Position numbers and translations under genes: made by a program | The notes under the pieces: model-generated | Database searches by the model: none | The model's input: only the letters and a program-made list of their open reading frames with translations | Told to the model about the DNA's origin: nothing | Part shown: piece after piece, positions 24,187 through 36,564 of the stretch | Position numbering within the stretch: the first letter of the stretch is position 1 | Layout: the number at the start of each line of letters is the position of its first letter | Assembly (NCBI RefSeq): GCF_963506605.1 | Contig: NC_083288.1 | Location: 45,570,001-45,634,000, forward strand | Source: Zootoca vivipara | Taxonomy: Eukaryota | Direction: 5' to 3' | DNA length: 64,000 nt

Positions 24187-25134
24187 TCACAGTGTGACTT
24201 TCCTCCTCTTCAGACAGTCTTTGAAGGCCTCCTTGACCTTCTCATTCCTTAGACTATAAATAAAAGGGTTCAGCAATGGGGTAAGCATTCCGGTAAGGAC
24301 AGCAACTGCTTTCTGGACATCCCGAGAGCGTCCCTGGCTGGGTAAAGAGTACATGAAAATTGAGCTGCCATAAAAAATGGAGGCAACAGTGATGTGAGAT
24401 GCACAGGTGGAAAATGTCTTTTGTCGACCTGTGGTGGAGTGCATGCGCAAGATGGTGACGATGATGTAGATGTAAGAGAGAAGAGTGACGAACAAAGAAC
24501 TGAGGAGCACCACTGAGGACAGGGCAGAAGCCAAAGTCAGATTGAGATATACATCATTACAAGAAAGCTTTAGCATTGAAGCATAATCACAGAAGAAATG
24601 GTCTATAATATTAGAGTCACAGAAGGATAGTGGATAGAGCAAAATGGCTGAGGCAACAGGAGAAAGGAATCCCGCAAGCCAGCAGCCAAAGACCAAATAA
24701 GTGCAGACCCATCCATTCATGATGGCGGCATAGCGCAGTGGTCTGCAGATGGCAACATAGCGATCAAAGGCCATCACAGCAAGAAGGATGGTTTCAGATG
24801 TGCCAAAGACAAAGTAGAAGTAGCATTGGGCCAAACAGCCCAAAAAAGAGATGGACTTGCTCAGGGAAACCATGTCCACTAGCATCTTGGGGATGATAGA
24901 TGTGACAAAGAAGACTTCCATGAGTGAGAGGTTGCAGAGCAAAAAGTACATGGGGGTTTGGAGACGCTGGTCCAGACATACCAGTGCGATGATGGTGATA
25001 TTCCCAGCTACTGTTAGCAGGAAGACAACCAGAAGCACCACAAAAAGGGAGAGCTCCAAGTGTCTAGGAAGTTGAAAACTAGTTAAGATGAACTCGGCCA
25101 CTTGAACCACGCTGCTCTGATTCCTCAGTCCCAT
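24187..25134 (-). CDS. Olfactory receptor, family-6-like (subfamily B), 315 aa
   Basis: LQTPMYFLL, MAFDRYVAIC, KTFSTCASH, PLLNPFIYSLRN; NQS sequon. Confidence 0.95.
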   Translation of the reverse strand: MGLRNQSSVVQVAEFILTSFQLPRHLELSLFVVLLVVFLLTVAGNITIIALVCLDQRLQTPMYFLLCNLSLMEVFFVTSIIPKMLVDMVSLSKSISFLGCLAQCYFYFVFGTSETILLAVMAFDRYVAICRPLRYAAIMNGWVCTYLVFGCWLAGFLSPVASAILLYPLSFCDSNIIDHFFCDYASMLKLSCNDVYLNLTLASALSSVVLLSSLFVTLLSYIYIIVTILRMHSTTGRQKTFSTCASHITVASIFYGSSIFMYSLPSQGRSRDVQKAVAVLTGMLTPLLNPFIYSLRNEKVKEAFKDCLKRRKVTL

Positions 25135-25224
25135 GGTGAATGTGGAGTTGTGGAATGATCAAGCGGAAGAAACACATTCACACAAAGGTAATCCATCAGT
25201 CAAGGATGTGCTGTGTAATAATAA

Positions 25225-25815
25225 TAACAATAACAACAATAATTTATTTATACCCTGCCCATCTGGCTAGGTTTCCCCAGCCACTCTGGGTGGCTTTCAA
25301 CAGAAAAATACAATACAATAATTCATTAAACCTTAAAAGCCTCCCTAAACAGGGCTGCCTTCAGATGTCTTCTAAAAATCTGGTAGCTGTTTTTCTCGTT
25401 GACAACTGATGGGAGGGTGGGCGCCACTACTGAGAATGCCCTCTGCCTAGTTCCCTGCAACTTGGCTTCTCACAATGAGGGAACCGCCAGAAGGCCTTCG
25501 GTGCTGGACCTCAGTGTCTGGGCAGAACGATGGGGGTGGAGACGCTCCTTCAGGTATACTGGATCGAGGCCATTTAGGGCTTTAAAGATCAGCACCAACA
25601 CTTTGAACTGTGCTCGGAAACGTACTGGGAGCCTATGTAGATCTTTCAAGACCGGTGTTATGTGGTCTCGGCGGCTGTTCCCAGTCACCAGTCTAGCTTC
25701 CGCATTCTGGATTAGTTGTAGTTTCCGGGTCACCTTCAAAGGTAGCCCCACGTAGAGTGCATTGCAGTAGACCAAGCAAGAGATAACTACAGCATGCACC
25801 ACTCTGGCGAGACGG
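25225..25815 (-). mobile_element. L2 LINE 3' fragment
   Basis: YCNALYVGLP...KLQLIQNA.ARLV...DHITPVL..LH.LP, typical L2 ORF2 C-terminus; tail like other L2 copies. Confidence 0.9.
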
Positions 25816-25932
25816 TGTGTGAAGTACTTTGTTTTGTCTGTCCTGGATTTTCCAATGTCCAACTTCAGTGGATGTCCCCAGGTTCTAATGTTATCAGAGA
25901 GGGAGCAAAAGTATTCTCTCTCCACATTCTTC
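25816..25932 (-). mobile_element. CR1 fragment
   Basis: Reads RTWGHPLKL...RTDKTKYFT, resembling the end of CR1 ORF2. Confidence 0.6.
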
Positions 25933-28230
25933 ACTGGTCTTTATGTCTAGGACAACTGGTTATTTCCCCACTGTATGTTGTATCCAACTAATTTTTATTC
26001 ACGGTAGACCTGTTGAAATTCAAGGACCCCAATCATACTCAGTAATTTCAACTAATATTGTCTACAATCCATTATTGCCTACAATCTATTGTTTGCTGAA
26101 CTTACCTATTGTGTTTCCTTTCTTCAGCCTATGAAGAAATAAATAAAAAGCTATTTTAATATACGGTATGATAAAAAGAAGAGCATTGGGATTTCTTCCC
26201 ATCCAACAAGGAACACTGGAATCTCCTAGCAATTGTATACTTAAAAAACAAAACAAAACTCCCACTAAAAACAGAAATTAAAGAGCATGCAAGAATGTGT
26301 TCTTTTGATGTAGCATTAGGAACAACAATACAGATTTCAGAGTATAATTGTGTGCTGCTTCTTCTGGAAATAAAAAGGGAAGACAAACACAAGGAGGCAA
26401 TAGCAGGAGAAACAAGCCATTCTTAGCATTCTTTGTCATTGGTATCTATCATCTACCTCATGAGATAGACGCCTTCTTAGGTGCTTGTAAACTCAAATTC
26501 CCAGAAGTCTTCATTTTCTACATTTCATGGAGAGGTTCCCAAAGGAATAATAGCTACAAACAATTAAGAGCTGAAAAGCAAATGTTTGATGCTTTAGAAG
26601 CAAGAGGTTAACCTTTCGCCATCCAGATGCTGCAGAACTCCCAGATCCCAATAGCCCAGGACAGCAAGGTCAATCATCAGGGATGTTGGGAGTTGACCTG
26701 TAGGGCCTCACAGGTTTGCCACTCCTAGTTTTGATACTATCAATGCAGTAGCTATGCATATCTACACAAAGGGAGCTCCTTCTAAATTCAACAGGACTTA
26801 CTCCCAGTTAAACATTTATAGGGTTGCATCATACCAGGGAGCAAGTCCCGTTGAACTCACTGTGGCTTTCCTCTGAGTAGACAGGCATAACATTTCACTG
26901 TTGAGGATTCAAGTTGAATCAAGCACACTTCAGAATGTTTTCTCTTGGGCTAGGAGCAGCAGATTCCCTGCATGAGCAGGAGGTTTGGACTACTTGAGTA
27001 CCAAGGTGTTTGAGAACCAAGGTACCACTGTACAGCTAAATGACCCTTGAGGACCCACCCCATTTTCTGATGCTATTATGTTAATGTGTGTTACTGTTAG
27101 TAAGTAGGAAACAGTGTTTCCTGGTGGTCACTCCTGTCATTGGCTGCATTGTGCTGGTCAGGACAGCAGTGGAGCAGGGAGAGGCAATGTCTGTAAGGTC
27201 AAGAGTGCTCCAGGTTAGTGGTGACCCTGCTGGGTCACCTGTACCTGTGGGGGTACAAAAACCTGGGGCTCCTTCAATCCTATTGCTGCCCCAACAAATA
27301 CGCTAGGACACTACTGCCTTGGCCCTACTGAGCCACCAATGGGATAGCTTACTCCTCTCTCTTGTTAGGTCACCCCTACCCCAGGTCTCAGTACACAGGG
27401 TTAGTTATAACCACTTTCAGGCTTGCTTGTTGTTTTCTAGCTGCTTCTGGGAAGCATCTGGAGGTTTGATCTGTTGAAGAAATTGCCCTAATTAGGGGAA
27501 TTGCTGGGTACGATTATGAATGACTTTGTCAGGGTTTTCATTCTGAGTGGCTCCTTTGCTTTTTTTTACTCACAGTTTTACTCACTTAAAAAGCAAATAC
27601 ATCACCTTGCTGACAAAGGTCCATATAGTTAAAGCTATGGTTTTCCCTGTAGTGGTGTATGGAAGTGAGAGCTGGAAGAATTGATGCTTTTGAATTATGG
27701 TGCTGGAGGAGACTCTTGAGAGTCCCATGGACTGCAAGAAGATCAAACCTATCCATTCTGAAGGAAACCAGCCCTGAGTGCTCACTGGAAGGACAGATCC
27801 TGAAGCTGAGGCTCCAATACTTTGGCTACCTCATGAGAAGAGAAGACTCCCTGGAAAAGACCCTGATGCTGGGAAAGATGGAGGGCACATGGAGAAGGGG
27901 ATGACAGAGGACGAGATGGTTGGACAGTGTTCTCGAAGCCACCAACCAGGGCCGGTGCTAGGGTTATTTGCGCCCTAGGTGAGATCACCTTCTGCCCCCC
28001 CCCCCCCCGGGCCAACCATATTTCAAACACTGATGTATTATAGGAAGAATGAAGAGCACAGAATTTGAAATTGTTAATTTATTTTTTTTCAAATTGTGAA
28101 AACAAGTCATAATACAATTTCAGATTCATTTTCTCTAACAGAACACAATTTTAGCTCAGAAATCACTTTGAAAAATGTTAAATCTGATGCTGAAATTTAA
28201 GTCTCTTTAAATGTTTCAATTTCAAGCAAA

Positions 28231-28740
28231 TCAAAATCTTATTTTGCGTGCCTTTTCCTTTGCAAATTTTGTTAACAGTTCCTTCAGATCAAGTGCTGAT
28301 GCTTCAGCATGTTCGATTGATATAGTTGCCAAACCAACTAGTCTCTTTTGGAACACAGTTGAGCGTATGTGTGTTTTTAAAAGTTTGAGTTTTGAAAAAC
28401 TGCGTTCACCACTTGCCACTGACACTGGAAGTGTGAGAAGGATCCTAAGAGAAACAAGAAACATTAGGCACACTATTCTGGATTTTGTGTTATAGTATGA
28501 AGAAAAGTACTTTTTGTGGTGGCATAGACTCTGGAAGCCTTCGAGCAACTGCTTGAAGTTCACAGCACAGATCTTCAGCATCAATATCTTTGTTTTCAAT
28601 GTCTGCTCCAAAGTCTTGCAGACCTTCTGTACATCTTCAGTACATTTTTTGTTGATGCTGTATATATCATACAGGAAGCCAAATACGGAATTATAGTGTT
28701 GTAGTTGTTGGAATCTTTCTTCAACAGATTGAATGGCCAT
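28231..28740 (-). pseudogene. hAT transposase C-terminal (dimerisation domain) remnant
   Basis: LRILLTLPVSVASGERSFSKLKLLKT..RST...RL..LA.ISIE; N-terminal part missing. Confidence 0.9.
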
Positions 28741-28837
28741 CCTATCTCCCTCCAGAGAAGGATGGAAACGTGGAGGATTTATTTCATTATTAAACTTCTA
28801 TACCACCTTCCCTCCAAGGAGCTCAAGGGGAAATGAC

Positions 28838-29013
28838 TCTGTGTCCAGTTCTGGGCACCACAGTTCAAGAAGGATACTGACAAGCTGGAACGTGTTCAGA
28901 GGAGGGCAACCAAAATGGTCAAAGGCCTGGAAACGATGCCTTATGAGGAACGGCTTAGGGAGCTGGGTATGATTAGCCTGGAGAAGATAAGGTTGAGGGG
29001 TGATATGATAGCC
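28838..29013 (+). mobile_element. CR1 fragment inside the hAT element
   Basis: Near-identical to CR1 at 45232 ([18 protein letters not shown]). Confidence 0.85.
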
Positions 29014-29319
29014 TGGCCAATGCCTAGGTATGTCCCTGCCTTCAACGGCTCCTTCCCTGATGCAAACCAGGGTGGAACCATGTGGTATCGGGAGGTGACT
29101 TGCTGTCTAAAAGCAAACCAGGTGGGGGGCAGACCCCCTTCACGTCATCCCATTCCCCTACACTCCATCTGCAGAGCAGCAGACTCTTAATCTCAGGGCT
29201 GTGGGTTTGAGCCCCACGTTGTACAAAAGATTACTGCATTGTAGGGGGTTGGACTAGATGCCCCTCAGGGTCCTTTCCAACTCTACGATTCTACAATTTG
29301 CCAGGGCAGAAGTGACTTC

Positions 29320-29418
29320 CGGTGCCAGGCTGCCCGTGTCTGCATGTCTGGGCACTGGAAATAATATCCTCCCGGGCTGCCCGTGTCTGCATGTCTGGGC
29401 ACTGGAAATAATATCCTC
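29320..29418. repeat. Tandem duplication of about 47 bp
   Basis: ggctgcccgtgtctgcatgtctgggcactggaaataatatcctcc occurs twice in tandem. Confidence 0.9.
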
Positions 29419-30514
29419 CTTCCCACCTGTCTCTCCTGTCTTCTTCCTTCTTTCTTTTTTTGTGGCAAAAGAAACAACAGCAGCAGCAATTTAGATGCAG
29501 CAAATACTGTAAATGAATAAAGTCACACACATACCTAAATCTAAATTGCTACGTCTAAAGGCATGCACGCCCGTCCACCAGTACAACCCCCCTGAAACGT
29601 CCCTCAATTTTTGGTGGGGCCCCCTGAGAATATAAAACAGCTCCCCAAAGTCACAAAGGTGTGCTTTCCCATAGAAAGTAATGGAAAATGGATTAATCCA
29701 TTCCCGACGATGAAAAGCAACCCCTAAAACAGCAACTCAACATGAATTTTACTATCAAATGAGGCAATTGATCCATAAAATGAAAGCAATAAACCAGGCT
29801 GCAATCTCCAGTATCAAAAACTGGCAGTGATCTACCCATTGCCATTGGAGGGACAAGATGGGAGGGGGAGTTTAAGGGGTGTTTGGAAACACTCAAACTG
29901 GAAACTCCTGCAGCCAATCAGAAAGCGTGCTGGAAGGGGTGGTGCCCAGAGGCGCCCGCAGCTTCTGATTGGCTGCTGGAAACTCCTGCAGCCAATCAGA
30001 AGCCGTGCTGCATCGCAAAGTCAGCCTCCAGGAAGACGCGCACAGCAGCAGCGGCCTCAGAGGAGGATCGCCTCCCGCATCCTCCTCCCCTCAGCGCCCC
30101 GGTGGCCGGGCCTAGAGACGGTCCTGCAGGCAGCACCGGGCGGTGGGTGGTGGGGCAGGCTGGCCAGCGCCCCCTCCATTTTGGCGCTCTAGGCAGTTGC
30201 CTAGTCCACCTAAATGGACGCTCCAGCCCTGCCATCAACATGAGTTTGACCAAACTGCGGGAGGCAGTGGAAGACAGGAGTGCCTAGCGTGCTCTGGTCC
30301 GTGGCGTCACGAAGAGTTGGACACGACTAAACGACTAAACAACAACAACAACTGTAGACTCAAAGCATTGCAACAGTAATGCCAGATCGTTTCCTTTGGA
30401 ATAATGGGTGGCAGGATGGGGCAGCTGTGCTTGCTTGACCTCTCAGCAGGAGAATCAATTATGCCCACTGGGAGGAGGAAGGTGGCTAATTTTGCACAGA
30501 CCAATATCATGGAA

Positions 30515-30760
30515 GCTGTTCCACCTGGCCTTTGGCTTAGACTCAGCCTGACCCCTGTGTTTTCCTCCCTCATGGCTTGGATTTATGGACTACTTGAAAT
30601 GAGGCTGCACTTTAAATTTTAATACTGTATTTTAATCTGTATTTTAATTAATTGTTTTTATGTTTTATTGTAATTCTGTTGGTGTCAGCCGCCCTGAGCC
30701 CGGTTTTTGACTGGGGAGGGCGGGGTATAAATAAAAATTTATTATTTTATTATTATTATA
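30515..30760 (+). mobile_element. L2-type 3' tail
   Basis: Homologous to 16905-17162 (agccgccctgagcccgg...gggcggggtat plus TTA tail). Confidence 0.7.
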
Positions 30761-31060
30761 AGCACAGTATTGCAGAGTTGGGAGAGACCATGAGGATACA
30801 ACCCTCTGCAACACAGGAATCATTTGCCCAACATGAGGCTTGAACTCATAACCCTGGGATTAAGAGTCTCATGCTGTACTGACTGAGCTATCACAGCTCA
30901 GTCAAGAGGAGGTTGCTTACAGAGCCAGCTCAGCTCAGTGGTTCCTTGACCAAACCATTGCTTAGATCCCCTAATCGCTTCCAGCAGTTTGAGACCCACA
31001 GGTGTTGCCTAGCTTTCTTTAAAAGAAAAAGAAAAAAAGAGAGGGGGGCTGCTTGCGACA

Positions 31061-31515
31061 TGTCACAATCTTTCCTTCCCAGAATGGCAGAGAGGGCTCC
31101 GAGGATCAAAGTAGGATTGCTTTCTTCAAATGTGAAGAGTGAGGTAAGCCCCTCCCATCCTGGAATGCAGGTCGTAAATTTCCAGGACAGCATAAGACAG
31201 ACAGAGGGGCCACATCTTTCAGACACGCTCTCCGGGGAGGAGGGACAAACTGGACAATCTGCTCCTGAGTCTCCTTGTACTAGGAGGATGAGCAGAGTCC
31301 AGGCTTGGCATCAAGCCAACAGAAGGAGGAGCAGATGGTGGGTATCCTGTTGGAAAAGAGCCCACCCTCCAGTGGGCTCAACTGACCCATCGAGTGAGGA
31401 AGATTGAGCTGTGTGCTCTGACTGATTTACTGTGTAAATACCAATAAATCTGAAAGTAGTAAAACCACCAGCCTGCTGTCTCTTTGGTGTGAGAGGGAGA
31501 TCATAAATCCTGACA
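31061..31515 (+). mobile_element. Solo LTR (gypsy-like)
   Basis: TGTCA...TGACA termini, AATAAA at 31443, 5-bp TSD cgaca/tgaca. Confidence 0.7.
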
Positions 31516-31764
31516 TGACATATAAGCCTGCTGACATCCTTCTTCTATTGCCTGGGTTGAGAAACTTTATTGATCCAAGGGCAGCACTCTTTTCAGGGCC
31601 ACATTCACACTTACACTCCTCTCCCTGTCTTCCATCCAGACAAGCAAGAAGCAGAGTTCAAGATGTGGAATAACGTGCAGGTGTGAAGAAGAGCAAATGA
31701 AGGGTGTGGCCTGAGGAGAGTTGTGGACACCGGTTAGACACCAGATAGAGAGGCTTAGGTCAAG

Positions 31765-32232
31765 GTAAAGAAGAGACTGAGAAGAAATATGCTAGCCATC
31801 TTCTAGTTGCAGACTTTGGTGCCTCAAATTGTTGCGGCGCCCCAGAAGTTACGTGGCCAGTGCAACCAAACCACTTTTGTTCCCCTAGATTTGCCTTTGT
31901 GTCTTCAAATATCTAAAGGGCTATCACTTGGGGAATATAGAGCAAGCTTGTTTTCTCCTGCTCTAGAGAGTAGGACCTGAATCAGTGGGTTCAAGTTACA
32001 AGAAAGGGGATTTTGACTAAGCATCAGGAAGAACTTTCTGATCCAGTAAGAGTTGTTTGACTGTGGAACAGACTCCCCTAAACGGTGGTGGACTCTCCTT
32101 CCTCAGAAGTTTCTAAGCAGAGGTTGGGTGTCCATCTGTCATGGATGCTTTAGTTGAGATTCCTGCATCACACAGGGATAGACTAGATGATTTCCCGGGT
32201 TCCTTCCAACTGTACAATTCTATGATTCTATA
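31765..32232 (+). mobile_element. CR1 3' fragment
   Basis: CR1 ORF2 end and ATTCTATG tail; small internal insertion at about 31804-31900. Confidence 0.85.
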
Positions 32233-32370
32233 ATAATGACAATTATCTGATATTTCAGCTCAGTTCTAATGAAAACTCTCTACACTATCCCCTAAAAACC
32301 CTATGCCATACTCAATCCCAACACATTTTTCAAAGAATATCAAATTACAATATAAGTCACAATAATTTCA

Positions 32371-32620
32371 AATCAGCCCTGAGTGCTCACTGGAAGGACA
32401 GATCCTGAAGCTGAGGCTCCAATACTTTGGCCACCTCATGAGAAGAGAAGACTCCCTGGAAAATACCCTGATGTTGGGAAAGATTGAGGGCACTAGGAGA
32501 AGGGGACGACAGAGGATGAGATGGTTGGAGGGAGGCAGTGGAAGACAGGAGTCCCTGGCCTGCTATGGTCCATGGGGTCACGAAGAGTCGGACACGACTT
32601 AATGACTAAAAATCAACAAT
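32371..32620 (+). mobile_element. BovB 3' fragment
   Basis: Homologous to 35593-36030. Confidence 0.9.
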
Positions 32621-33186
32621 TTAAACTCCAAAGTCATGCAGATAACAATCACACACAGTTATGCCAGTTGTCTGCCTGTATCAGATGGAGCTCAGTTTCT
32701 ACAGAAGTAGTTTCAGGCAGTGGGAAAACTCATGAAGATGTCAGTAGCAGTGCCAATATATACTTTCCCTGGATTGGGACTTATTCATGAGGAGGGGGGA
32801 AATTAAATTTGAGATTGCATCCCCAAGATGACTAGCAAGGGATCTACAGGATATTTAATCCTACCTTTCACCTTTTATTCCAGCAGCTCTAACTGCCAGA
32901 AAACATAGACTGGAACACACAGAGTGAGGGTCAAACCCCAGTTACCCAGTTTTCTATCTACCCTCATTTTACACGTGGTGACTGAATTGCACTTCAAACA
33001 TTCTTTAATTACCTTCATTGAAGTTGAAAGAAGGGGTTGCTTCTTCCTATTGAACTACATCAGTGCAGAAGAAGCAACACAACCAGCAGTCCAACACCGT
33101 TGTTCGCATTCCAATCAACCAGTACAAACTGAATCAGAAGGATGCAATGACGACAAAGTGGGATGAATCAAAGAGTTGCTTCATTC

Positions 33187-34134
33187 TCACAGTGTGAATT
33201 TCCTCTTCTTCAGAAAGTCTTTGAATACCTCCTTGACCTTCTCATTCCTTAGTGTATAGATAAAAGGGTTCAGTAAAGGCGTGACCGCTGCTGTAAGGAC
33301 AGCAATGCCCATCTGGACATCCCGGGAGTATCCATGGCTGGGTAAAGAGTACATGAAGATTGAACAGAGATAAAAGATGGAAGCAACAGTGATGTGAGAT
33401 GCACAGGTAGAAAATGTTTTTAGTCGACTTGTGGTGGAATGCATGCGCAAGATGGTGGCAATGATGTAGACATAAGAGAGAAGCGTGGCAAACAAAGAGC
33501 CCAGGAGCACCACTGAGGACACAATATTCTCCAGAGCCAGGTTGAAATGTACATCATTACAGGAAAGCTTTATCATTGGGGCATAGTCACAGAAGAAATG
33601 GTCAATGGTGTTAGAGCCACAGAAGGATAGGTCCAAAAGCAGGATGATGGGGACAAGTGTAGAGACGGAACCACAAACCCAGCAGCCCAAGACCAGATCA
33701 GTGCAGAGCCATCCATTCATGATTATGGAATAGCGAAGAGGTTTGCAGATGGCGACATAGCGATCAAAGGCCATCACGGCAATAAGGATGGCTTCACTGC
33801 CACCAAAGGAAAAGTAGAAATAGCATTGGGCCACACAGCCTGAGTAAGAGATGGCTTTGTTCAGAGAAACCATGTTCACCAGCATCTTGGGGATGATAGA
33901 TGTGACGAAAAAGACCTCAATGAGTGAGAGGTTGCAGAGGAAAAAGTACATGGGGGTTTGGAGGCGCTTGTCCAAGCATACCAGTGTGATGATGGTGATA
34001 TTGCCGGCTACCGTTAACAGGAAAACAAGAAGCAGCACCACAAAAAGGAACAGCTCCCATTGCCTAGGAAGTTGGAAGCCAATTAAGATGAACTCGGTCA
34101 CCTGTTCCATGCTGCTGTGATTCCTCATTCCCAT
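33187..34134 (-). CDS. Olfactory receptor, family-6-like (subfamily B), 315 aa
   Basis: OR motifs intact; first true ATG at 34134 (ORF-track start 34140 is TTG); paralog of 24187. Confidence 0.95.
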   Translation of the reverse strand: MGMRNHSSMEQVTEFILIGFQLPRQWELFLFVVLLLVFLLTVAGNITIITLVCLDKRLQTPMYFFLCNLSLIEVFFVTSIIPKMLVNMVSLNKAISYSGCVAQCYFYFSFGGSEAILIAVMAFDRYVAICKPLRYSIIMNGWLCTDLVLGCWVCGSVSTLVPIILLLDLSFCGSNTIDHFFCDYAPMIKLSCNDVHFNLALENIVSSVVLLGSLFATLLSYVYIIATILRMHSTTSRLKTFSTCASHITVASIFYLCSIFMYSLPSHGYSRDVQMGIAVLTAAVTPLLNPFIYTLRNEKVKEVFKDFLKKRKFTL

Positions 34135-34987
34135 GACCAAAGTGGAATCGTGGGATGATGATCAAGCAGGTGAAACACACACATATACACTTTAGGGTTT
34201 GTATGATTTAAGGAAAGCTGTTTTTCATCTCTTCCAGTAATCTGGGCACTAACAGGATCCCCCTCCGTTACAGTTGCAAAAAGGCTTACACATAAAACCA
34301 GGGCACCCCAATCTTCCTAAGGAATAATAATAAAATATATATATGAAAATTTTCTCATACATTATTAGTGTTCAAATTTCCATTGAACCCTGTGCGACTC
34401 ACTTCTTACTGTACTTTTTAAAAAGCACAACTAATTTTGCAACGTTTATGTACTGCTTGGTTGTATTAAATCCTCTAAACAGTTTTATTGGCTCCTAGAC
34501 ATCAAAAATTTGCCCATTAAATCACTCCCTGGAGAGGAGAACCTCATATGCATTTTCAGATCAAGCACTAAAACAATTAAAATGCTAACTTTTTGCTATG
34601 TAATGATTGGAATGTGTTGTATAGCATCGATAATAGTGTGCCTGTTATTTGCTTCATTAAATTTACTGGTCACTGTTTTACTAAAGTAATTCCAAGTGAC
34701 TTACAATATATAAACAAAAGAACAGAGACATTAAAACCAACAACAACAAAAAAGAAAACAAAGAGAAAAGTAAACATTACACAAAAATCAAAGTTACCCA
34801 TGTTGATCCATAAGTTAAATAAGAGATAAGTGTTTGTGTGTAGAGTAAATTTGTAGAGTGTTGCCTAAGTATGGTGCAGTTATCAGCTGAAAGTCTCAAA
34901 GACCAATGATGTAAATTTAGCAAGTCCATTAATCTTACCATGGCTGGTTGCCTTTCATAATCCTCTATACAATACCAGCAAGGCACA

Positions 34988-35013
34988 CTTTATTTATAAA
35001 GGCACCTTGGGAA
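34988..35013 (-). promoter_or_regulatory. Putative OR core promoter (O/E-like TCCCAAGG plus TATAAATA)
   Basis: Module conserved at 39433-39456, 44143-44166 and 60285-60308, always oriented toward an OR. Confidence 0.55.
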
Positions 35014-35592
35014 GATGGCAATTATACTGAGGTGGAACAGACCAGATTTCTGCTGCATGAATCAGTCTTCTCCAACCTTGTGCTATCAATGTTCTTTGGA
35101 TTACAATTCCCAGCAGCCACTGCCAGATTCAAACAGTCCCATGTTCAATCCTATATCCGGGTTGAGTTGGCAATTTCTCCAGCAATTTCTCTGGCTGGAG
35201 ATGGTGGAGGTTGAACCTGGGACCTTATTTGGGCAAAGCAGACGATCTATAATTCAGCTACTATATTCTCCTACTCTGAAACATGTGTGCTGGCATGATA
35301 TTGGCAGGTTGCATTCAAAAGGAGAAACATCTTATAATACGTACTATTTCATCAATTATTTTCCAGAGGGAGGAGTTATTTTCCAACAGTTCAATTAGAG
35401 CGGGGCGCACCTTTAGCAACAGTAAGCGCTTCTCTTCTTACTGTTTGTGGAATGCTCTCCCCAGAGAGGCTCGCCTGGTGCCTTCCTTTTATATATTTAG
35501 GTGCCAGGAAAAAAACAACATTCATCCTCTCTGTACCTTTGGCTAATTAAATAATCTATGGCCTTTGAAACTGTGTAAGTGGTATGTGGTTT

Positions 35593-36030
35593 GGTTTTCC
35601 CAGTAGTGATGTATGGAAGTGAGAGCTGGACCATAAAGAATGCTGATCGCCGAAGAATTGATGCTTTTGAATTATGGTGCTGGAGGAGACTCTTGAGAGT
35701 CCCATGGACTGCAAGAAGATCAAACCTATCCATTCTTAAGGAAATCAGCCCTGAGTGCTCACTGGAAGGACAGATCGTGAAGCTGAGGCTCCAATACTTT
35801 GGCCACCTCATGAGAAGAGAAGAATCCTTGGAAAAGACCTTGATGTTGGGAAAGATGGAGGGCACTAGGAGAAGGGGACGACAGAGGATGAGATGGTTGG
35901 ACAGTGTTCTCGAAGCTACGAACATGAGTTTGACCAAACTGCGGGAGGCAGTGGAAGACAGGAGTGCCTGGCGTGCTATGGTCCATGGGGTCACGAAGAG
36001 TCGGACACGACTAAACGACTAAACAACAAC
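35593..36030 (+). mobile_element. BovB 3' fragment, young
   Basis: Uninterrupted ORF end (YGSESWTIK...RRIDAFELWCWRR...SRTRLND), (CAA)n tail, TSD atgtggtttgg. Confidence 0.95.
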
Positions 36031-36088
36031 ATGTGGTTTGGGGACGGGTTTCATTTGTAATTATGTTATGCATTGTTGTGTTTTTATA

Positions 36089-36564
36089 CAGGTGACTCCC
36101 CACTTATCTTGGGGTTACGTTCCAGGGGCCCCCACGCTTAAGTGAAATCACATAAAGTGGGGAGCGCCCTTTAAACACCCTTTAAACTCCCTCTCTGCCA
36201 CTCTCTCTTCAATCCATACCAAAAATACTGTGTCCAAAAATATCCACAACTACAATTGAAGCTCTGGGGTTGGCAGGAGGCTGGAGGACGTGTGGGAAAA
36301 TGGCTGCTGCTGCTGCTGCACTGCCCCACACATCATCTGTTAGGCAGGGAGGCTGAGCAGCCTAAACAAAGCCCCACTGCACTTCTGGTCTCTATGGGGC
36401 TTCCTCTTTGGGCTCCGGGGAGGGTCTCCCCATGAGCCACGAGGACTCTCCAGCTCTCTCCCACCTTTTCCAGGTTTGAATTGAATTATTTGATTATTTC
36501 CCAGCACTGTGTGTATACGCAGTTGATTATTAATTGATCATGTGTATCTGGAGGGGATGCCTGT
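36089..36564. mobile_element. Tc1/mariner (Tigger-like) non-autonomous element
   Basis: ta-caggtgactcccc ... ggggatgcctg-ta imperfect TIRs with TA flanks. Confidence 0.55.

Larger units (their letters stand above)
27947..30231 (-). mobile_element. Defective hAT DNA transposon
   Basis: TIRs cagggccggtgc / gctccagccctg, 8-bp TSD ccaccaac/ccatcaac, internal transposase remnant. Confidence 0.9.
27584..30352 (+). mobile_element. BovB 3' fragment split by a hAT element
   Basis: BovB coding end 27584-27946 continues at 30232-30352 and ends in (CAA)n. Confidence 0.9.

Noticed and set aside
25470-25934. 154-aa ORF as a novel gene
   Set aside because: Chance in-frame junction of CR1 and L2 fragments
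29170-29295. tRNA-Lys-like sequences (also near 3870, 30830, 42740, 63390)
   Set aside because: Degenerate and attached to CR1-like tails: SINEs, not tRNA genes
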